Shown here: positions 52,301-53,813 of the stretch, one piece after another
Layout: each line of letters opens with the position of its first letter
Numbering within the stretch: the stretch's first letter is position 1
Virus record (IMG/VR): IMGVR_UViG_3300037478_000427
Span: 1 to 53,813 of that record
DNA: 53,813 nt
Source: a virus
Lineage: Duplodnaviria > Caudoviricetes
Direction: 5' to 3' (one strand)
Notes under the pieces: generated by a model
What the model was told of the DNA's origin: nothing
Databases searched by the model: none
Seen by the model: the letters and a program-made list of their open reading frames with translations, nothing else
Position numbers and translations under genes: made by a program

Positions 52301-53813
52301 GAGCGGTGAAGGCACCACCTCGATGGCGAACATGCCGTGGATCGTGGAGCAGTTCATCTCGCCGATCATCGGTATGGAGCGCTTCTTCGACACCGGCGAC
52401 CCTCGACAGATCCTCTGGGGATTCCAGCACGGCCTCGGAGCGAGCCCGCTGTTCAACGCCTCCTCGTTCGATGACGCCAGCCAGATGTTCGCCGAGCTCA
52501 TGGCGAACGCCGACGACGCCGCCAAGCGCGGCACGCCGGACGACCTGGCGGAGAGCTACGGCTTCATGGTCTCCGCGGTCGGCACGCTGGAGCGGATGAT
52601 GTTCGAGAACGCCTTCGTGAACAGCATCTACGTCGGGATCGACAAGTACGACCGCGACCAGTGGAAGCTGCCCATGACGGACAGCGACGGCGAGCAGCAG
52701 GTGGACATCTTCGGGACTCCTCGGCAGACCGAGGCGCTGACGAACTTCGTGGACCCGGAGACCGGGGAGATCCGGTCGGGCTACGTGAACCGGGACTGGG
52801 TGTCGGCGACGGCACGGCAGCTCTCGGAGAACCGGCTCGGCGTGGCTCTGATCGGTGCTCTCACGTCCGGCAAGGGCTTCGAGTCCGACTTCTTCCGGCA
52901 GAACATGGTGGTGAAGCAGCGCAAGCTGCGCAAGCCTGAGCTCTCGCCGGAGGAGACCGAGGGTCTGCTGCTGTCCGTCTGGGACTCCGAGACCTACGGT
53001 GACGGGCACGAGCTCCTGACCGAGGGTGGCGCTCGTGCCGTGTTCCAGGGGATCTACGGCGGCACCGTGCAGTTCGGGGCTCCGGCCCTGGACGGCGTGT
53101 TCGTCCCGCTGGACATGCGGCAGACGATCCAGGACAAATGGATGGCTGACATCATGGCCGACGGCATCAAGTCCGGGCTGAGCGAGAAGGATTCCACCAG
53201 CCGTATGTGGGACATCTGGCTGGGCTCGAGTGACTCGCCGTACGGGGTCGGGCTGAAGGACATCCTGTGGTCGAAGGAGATCCCGTACACCGAGACCGTC
53301 CGATACAACCAGCTCAACACCACGTACGTCATCGGGCCGGACGGCTGGCCGTGGGCGACGGGCGTGAGCCGGGACAACCTGACGAACCTGTTCGGCATGG
53401 CGCCGGCTCGCTACCAGGTCGACCCGGGCAACCTGGCGTCCGATGAGCGGCTGAATACGATCGACGACGCCGTGCGCCTCAACACCGGGATGCGCGCCCT
53501 GGAGCGGATCGACGACACCTGGGCCATCCCGACGGACGAGGAGATCGGTGAGCGGATCCAGGAGTCGCTGGAGAAGCTCGGCGACAACCTCACCGAGGCG
53601 CTCAAGGGCGACGGTAACGGCTGGGTGAACTACCCACGCCGGTCGGGCAGCTACGGCCGGGGCAGCTACGGCTCCGGCGGTGGCTTCTACGGCGGTGGCA
53701 CCGTGTACGGGTCGGGCTACGTGCAGCGGATGAACACGCCGCGGCGCATCGATCGCCCGTATGCTCGGGCTCTGTACAGCATCAACACGTCTCGACCGAT
53801 CCTGCGCCGCGCA
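40392..53813 (+). CDS. Giant ~4,492-aa virion protein containing a two-barrel DNA-dependent RNA polymerase (continues across the join to 184)
   Basis: GGAAGG RBS then GTG 40392 after an in-frame stop at 40368. No terminated ORF in this frame appears in the track. VRNP (42873-42884) and GGDYDGD (DYDGD at 43002-43016) are beta'-like; ADK-x8-K...NGERIDL (49221-49331) is beta-like. Confidence 0.88.
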   Translation, partial: MASGDEFAAGAGARIAGPAGLNQQVEDQAQANAEATGQPLQSAFAQAASNRLAGPVTEAPGAPRWSTGGQTGDTANAFDNEFYDTFFSQQREQVDKGALGELYQRKDFTGVVTYDGSQDATGKAATFGDVYEDGRKVGNLYESYDRATADSLLADLTLDPETRRQAYARFDTDPEALSREVQRVRDATTSDNQKFLGQQEYASAVDEVSNRFEQSDGVDEVLTVLGGAAGGAAVGAGAGALFGGFGAIPGAIIGGVVGGVGAALNQDEILDAAARAKVQTDMASEQFGPAGAVSTGVLGWSQVAGKLVNPLGNVTRGAYDAIEGDLNDGELAYYSTDENGEATRPLWMTGLNLAATLGDAAFTFATPIGAAAYLTPMTGAILGEVGQLAFQGGSTFSDQRGDFDSIFTDDQGDFDPGSAAAGIGKIAIDAVQVATPVGLMRMFRGNEQAVAAGLSGRRVTAGGFSYRLDDAGRAIDGTRRVSASLLAPSEQLTAISARVLARRDAALRTGASRNTVVLTADDYYRAATKLSDGTGRWSSALVTAVGEGYEEFVQAILEPVSHDDRIDWREAYDAALQGAAMGAGMYLGASAARRGPASADERLYAKAVLARRDLTGDTDSSPEQLFPRSEWTAMRDVERRQAAALSPMQTEQARVALQKLQGSMQADQVAGIWGVEKVRDAVVKQANTEANRAGRRSDGSYVITILEDADWPGHTIGSSLDQTISLMVDHGRGLEEQVEFLTRTDLNSQDAQVQSSARATIDETQQVIQRVNEYLTQLRAFKDVADRERVAGDRVRHDEVVRLANSRLRAWFSDQDSIGQRAGTLLFVRNPTDQTGSYQAFMPQVVPGLSWDQADNALQTSTAVLQGLGGDYDGDKIVYQGKLLVDGETFQNLRTGRNLIGTMGPTAEAVNIGTREFEEREVQVLAGALAANNVPVATGAQATIADIARWFATRYDGYIPRDRIDRINRRLAHDLRSGDTRARDHMLTALAREEGFWKRAREFNSNEPIAADGQVQLELQRFQRYQAVQKATDNPVANTDAIAPTVQNSRAWAIKQVRAATEGQDLGLRAEGHSLFRMFQKLHYSVFNAQVIGSDPANLAAATADLTTAYEALSQGATQEQGTQATDRDNIAAKVLGYLQALAAGSDAPTRDLVMIGSISVGNAEFGESGDFRINNEPISMLQLLLRQAIGEDRRDKAAVITPELESKWARLEQLTRPGNSGEAMVEMLGGRTLWSLLGEQAAALGPQLTLEQFVRVYVGQSKNARRTASQRMKLEPAYLGRKERKDAPYDWREITDPASGLTAYRTLVDAVLETGNNRVYLRDDFSVGGSYGQRSDRYQGALVEAFSNIGQAFKQRGSGRNAAEVRALLDAYPDFARDVMNLIPDGDVNAVFEYRDGKLYISNWVYEMLAMEPAQAATHYWRNLILSQWHAKGARHDDEDGDKARTYNRLDNRWHQLMFRLANQGDGGYALADFTRRMQQATDLSEFTKYVNQSIRSTTEAPFTAWMADTADYDPDKASGGWSGGGGAATVREAILALRDRSSRLTQEVAEEQIAAQADDVLMSSLLTADQAGDEAANGDKTLLANLDRAIELAGQQLTAMGPAAMRYQIVGSQRTFYPQATDKGRAPDVYQVHGSFQALADTIGYATQYERLRDMLISVDAEDLGANPQVLARDDLDVSDGDGSTFSWEGVDRSRILQLWADEPASRPLIRAMLFPSVYERTANGRLSQQFLTGKSMKELLERNLYPRMITDSSAESKFTYLSMLESQAKRDEAQFVVQRAVNDILFAHSASATTPLSTSEQEQRTDEMMLTVADIMRQVGDLVATSGEGAKPLLDGMRERLTQMLEQRRGGAALGLTGTDAEYAHTMIEAAVDDRLAELQERQTAALTTGDLDRAESIGRLIQQLRPRMQAALDSRAFKQYRENLAIDWNDPTQAEMKKAEIRDAVTAPGRGTTLKTKAPWASDAVDRVLAYDLQDNNDSNPILFVNEQDDREGWDSLVDALTAAYFEDATSIQAEGVAVPQLRWGKDYIRRYWDPTYSYLLDHMLDVESPLVQAAARTHLLAFDSNTSMADAAALERRIAASVLDEFRLAQWSVDIPRVSVEANQRMDASAAADAVAMGGISPRRQFVTNVATERQYTQPLPDSVSTASIPLVRLLTGSGEFPTTLRVPGAQDQDVSTPVMLMNGRFARSVTVDIDGQQYPIPMDRVGHQHFENASIVQSGLRAITVRRLQRAVEAMPELRGADRDRVVVHVEYLHPDSQPATPEHYNSIFYGGVTGELESDSQRSVNASLWFGAGGQSPDVQASALGANKKGKLAYVLKANNEQFTGRARREAELGWETDLSQVIQRKTMALMTNDLGNGVLEQTNFNAVFADARRRHFVRGSIDGERVLWDAEKVIAWQRANPGRSIAEVIEAPELWKPGARTLRTMLGETGDQGAAGRMLLEVDFDPQAIPRYRGVDNTPGILDRVPGWSRTTDLFATPAAGRTFQSRLRIRPALDERTRLAYERGVQYRGALKAQVHEARDANWGDGRAGKQAGDAVSSATDAVRSETPGLDFVTAGFGFIGQPASSDQLISEVVLRGYRESMQLRGRETGWIYREQVSGRLPSDPAAGVITQTQIDPNQKGFPSRFENQIAPDDLVAVEVDSFLAVSQDPAKRRSEAMKRLDLLAQRWPVIALTEGDGGRDLRAELGQYLTDSLGYERVAGTSHLYRPAVRDSRYQTQQARVSTLAETHTESAENYYSVFLAGPESPLPVTENAALLLNRSSARQVAVGVGLVPVNAFGSFGMPQDPTTIESTRSAVERMLRPEQFEHLLKLSAIEDPMSQEAGDLRLALERYVQNVDDSGRPARGTEFGLGDILPLVDRRGRILLYRHGHKAPTHVEQQLASELIPGAGGFGVAVYTAVPQPTATVNTGKIVKFETDTQYGLTVQMRIPLQRLADKLQVEGNAMKYVVASADKVYTPRHDLFANGERIDLGSDLDSALAKESTGGLINNFRNAFAFFGIDFMPDLVRYFYGGDYAQMSSSEREAAATAVRQLLLAVHDQSQPLPVEVVQQLMSAPYVDAEVTELLRSVAGPSVGNSNWREQIMDPTADAPHQRIARAVVLYMLMPQARSEHVLSAGGMNNSDIRTRGFINHMPRIFTEVFDRTGLNDELRTELIRRLNAQIDNAPALSAQSAERYWISPDFGFHMHVEQEPGQISQLDGYLQFSSVFSAGDNPVLNGQAYDRSDRQNWSRHSLDMAYETIGARTAAERGLDKTARFAQLRTGLSRGSLWQILNDVTPEQGDPVFLRERPGEIARRQLAYEAVGEFRSALDPARWDDGQYDRYLAKRVETAQAYGLREDQAGTVDFWVRQMSGRPLNETGGAIGYREAMQDLDEIQWNASRGLLPVAGAEVPQIHLHDLTMMFNAGGSRFRLVEGAGSATPVTSWEGWVQVALGTGQVEHKLFDPMYLLATDGMMHSFQDAMDSTVSLPVSRDMMVAANMLDEQTDRIIQSLNQDEEPVRVRTDRLIQSINPDEDVLLQDPIVLEAARQSFSDLMGAERVGASFQGYQAPDSVLAKRRAARLRWRKEHDVPTPMDVTQQNFREGGVKFIDESTKTNTLMRVMTNLRVGNALLNPLLWVGAGPEMWLRGAMDEAGNLLQGTSTAATGRVAAAVGLSANYTPQQIDMLHGLYKSLGRRSDFKGMVYRELSFQQPRLNNAGRIERWTHNYAQFASRWQDPTYGMPANAVARRYVEKALDELQYTDLGVTPEQLSAQLNQDPTWLQKHAPDVHQAAVNSIAQIRSLRPTPLSLTLRGIYEPMSESAHMPVNLMGHLVKLPLLFSGYLTNTVTTLTGMQGFSNMAAMFLEGRNKGLIGRIQAAIKGEEFSQESNYVDMSTALDGVNLAKMFVQGGLTHTGLFALGLAAQGLGLTGEDEEERRRRRAALVQGGQFLYDPRRLQNDFRNQEAVFLDWLPPFFSQWFDVSGEGTTSMANMPWIVEQFISPIIGMERFFDTGDPRQILWGFQHGLGASPLFNASSFDDASQMFAELMANADDAAKRGTPDDLAESYGFMVSAVGTLERMMFENAFVNSIYVGIDKYDRDQWKLPMTDSDGEQQVDIFGTPRQTEALTNFVDPETGEIRSGYVNRDWVSATARQLSENRLGVALIGALTSGKGFESDFFRQNMVVKQRKLRKPELSPEETEGLLLSVWDSETYGDGHELLTEGGARAVFQGIYGGTVQFGAPALDGVFVPLDMRQTIQDKWMADIMADGIKSGLSEKDSTSRMWDIWLGSSDSPYGVGLKDILWSKEIPYTETVRYNQLNTTYVIGPDGWPWATGVSRDNLTNLFGMAPARYQVDPGNLASDERLNTIDDAVRLNTGMRALERIDDTWAIPTDEEIGERIQESLEKLGDNLTEALKGDGNGWVNYPRRSGSYGRGSYGSGGGFYGGGTVYGSGYVQRMNTPRRIDRPYARALYSINTSRPILRRA
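53687..53813. repeat. Terminal direct repeat, copy 2 (circular assembly overlap)
   Basis: Identical to 1-127. Confidence 0.95.

Noticed and set aside
1-53813. tRNA genes, integrase/repressor, tape measure, reverse transcriptase or DGR, alternative genetic code
   Set aside because: No cloverleaf or diagnostic motifs were seen by eye, and genes end in ordinary TGA/TAG/TAA with tight packing. tRNAscan and HMM searches were not run.

Overview
The window is a complete, circular-assembling genome of a lytic, podovirus-like actinobacteriophage. The unique length is 53,686 bp, because bases 1-127 repeat exactly at 53687-53813. GC content is high (about two-thirds by eye). The layout resembles the Microbacterium phage clusters EK/EM as I recall them; the host cannot be fixed from sequence alone. 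The rightward arm opens with a giant gene of about 4,492 aa (40392 across the circular join to 184). The ORF track misses it because it has no stop inside the window. It carries the catalytic signatures of a two-barrel RNA polymerase. It is followed by portal, major capsid, tail/receptor proteins (including a GDPD and an Fn3 protein), an embedded lysis cassette, putative ejection proteins, adaptor, nozzle, a scaffold-like protein and TerL. The leftward arm holds a D5-type SF3 helicase, a run of tiny membrane proteins, a lipoprotein, a nucleotidyltransferase, AAA+/vWA, SSB, Cas4-like nuclease, family A DNA polymerase, RuvC-like resolvase, SF2 helicase and Prim-Pol. The arms diverge from an AT-rich control region (about 39230-40390) rich in hairpins and repeats. 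I found no integrase, repressor, tape measure, tRNA or CRISPR array. The most notable observations are: (1) the putative virion RNAP/ejection polyprotein with its barrels in reversed order about 2,075 aa apart; (2) four tandem hairpins with conserved loops but unrelated stems upstream of the early operon; (3) a ~92-bp quasi-palindromic element duplicated upstream of both separated halves of the primase-helicase; (4) a GTCA-N3-TGAC palindrome array; (5) a translationally coupled cassette of tiny membrane proteins; (6) a probable overprinted gene inside the scaffold-like gene. All functional calls come from motif recognition by eye; no searches were run.
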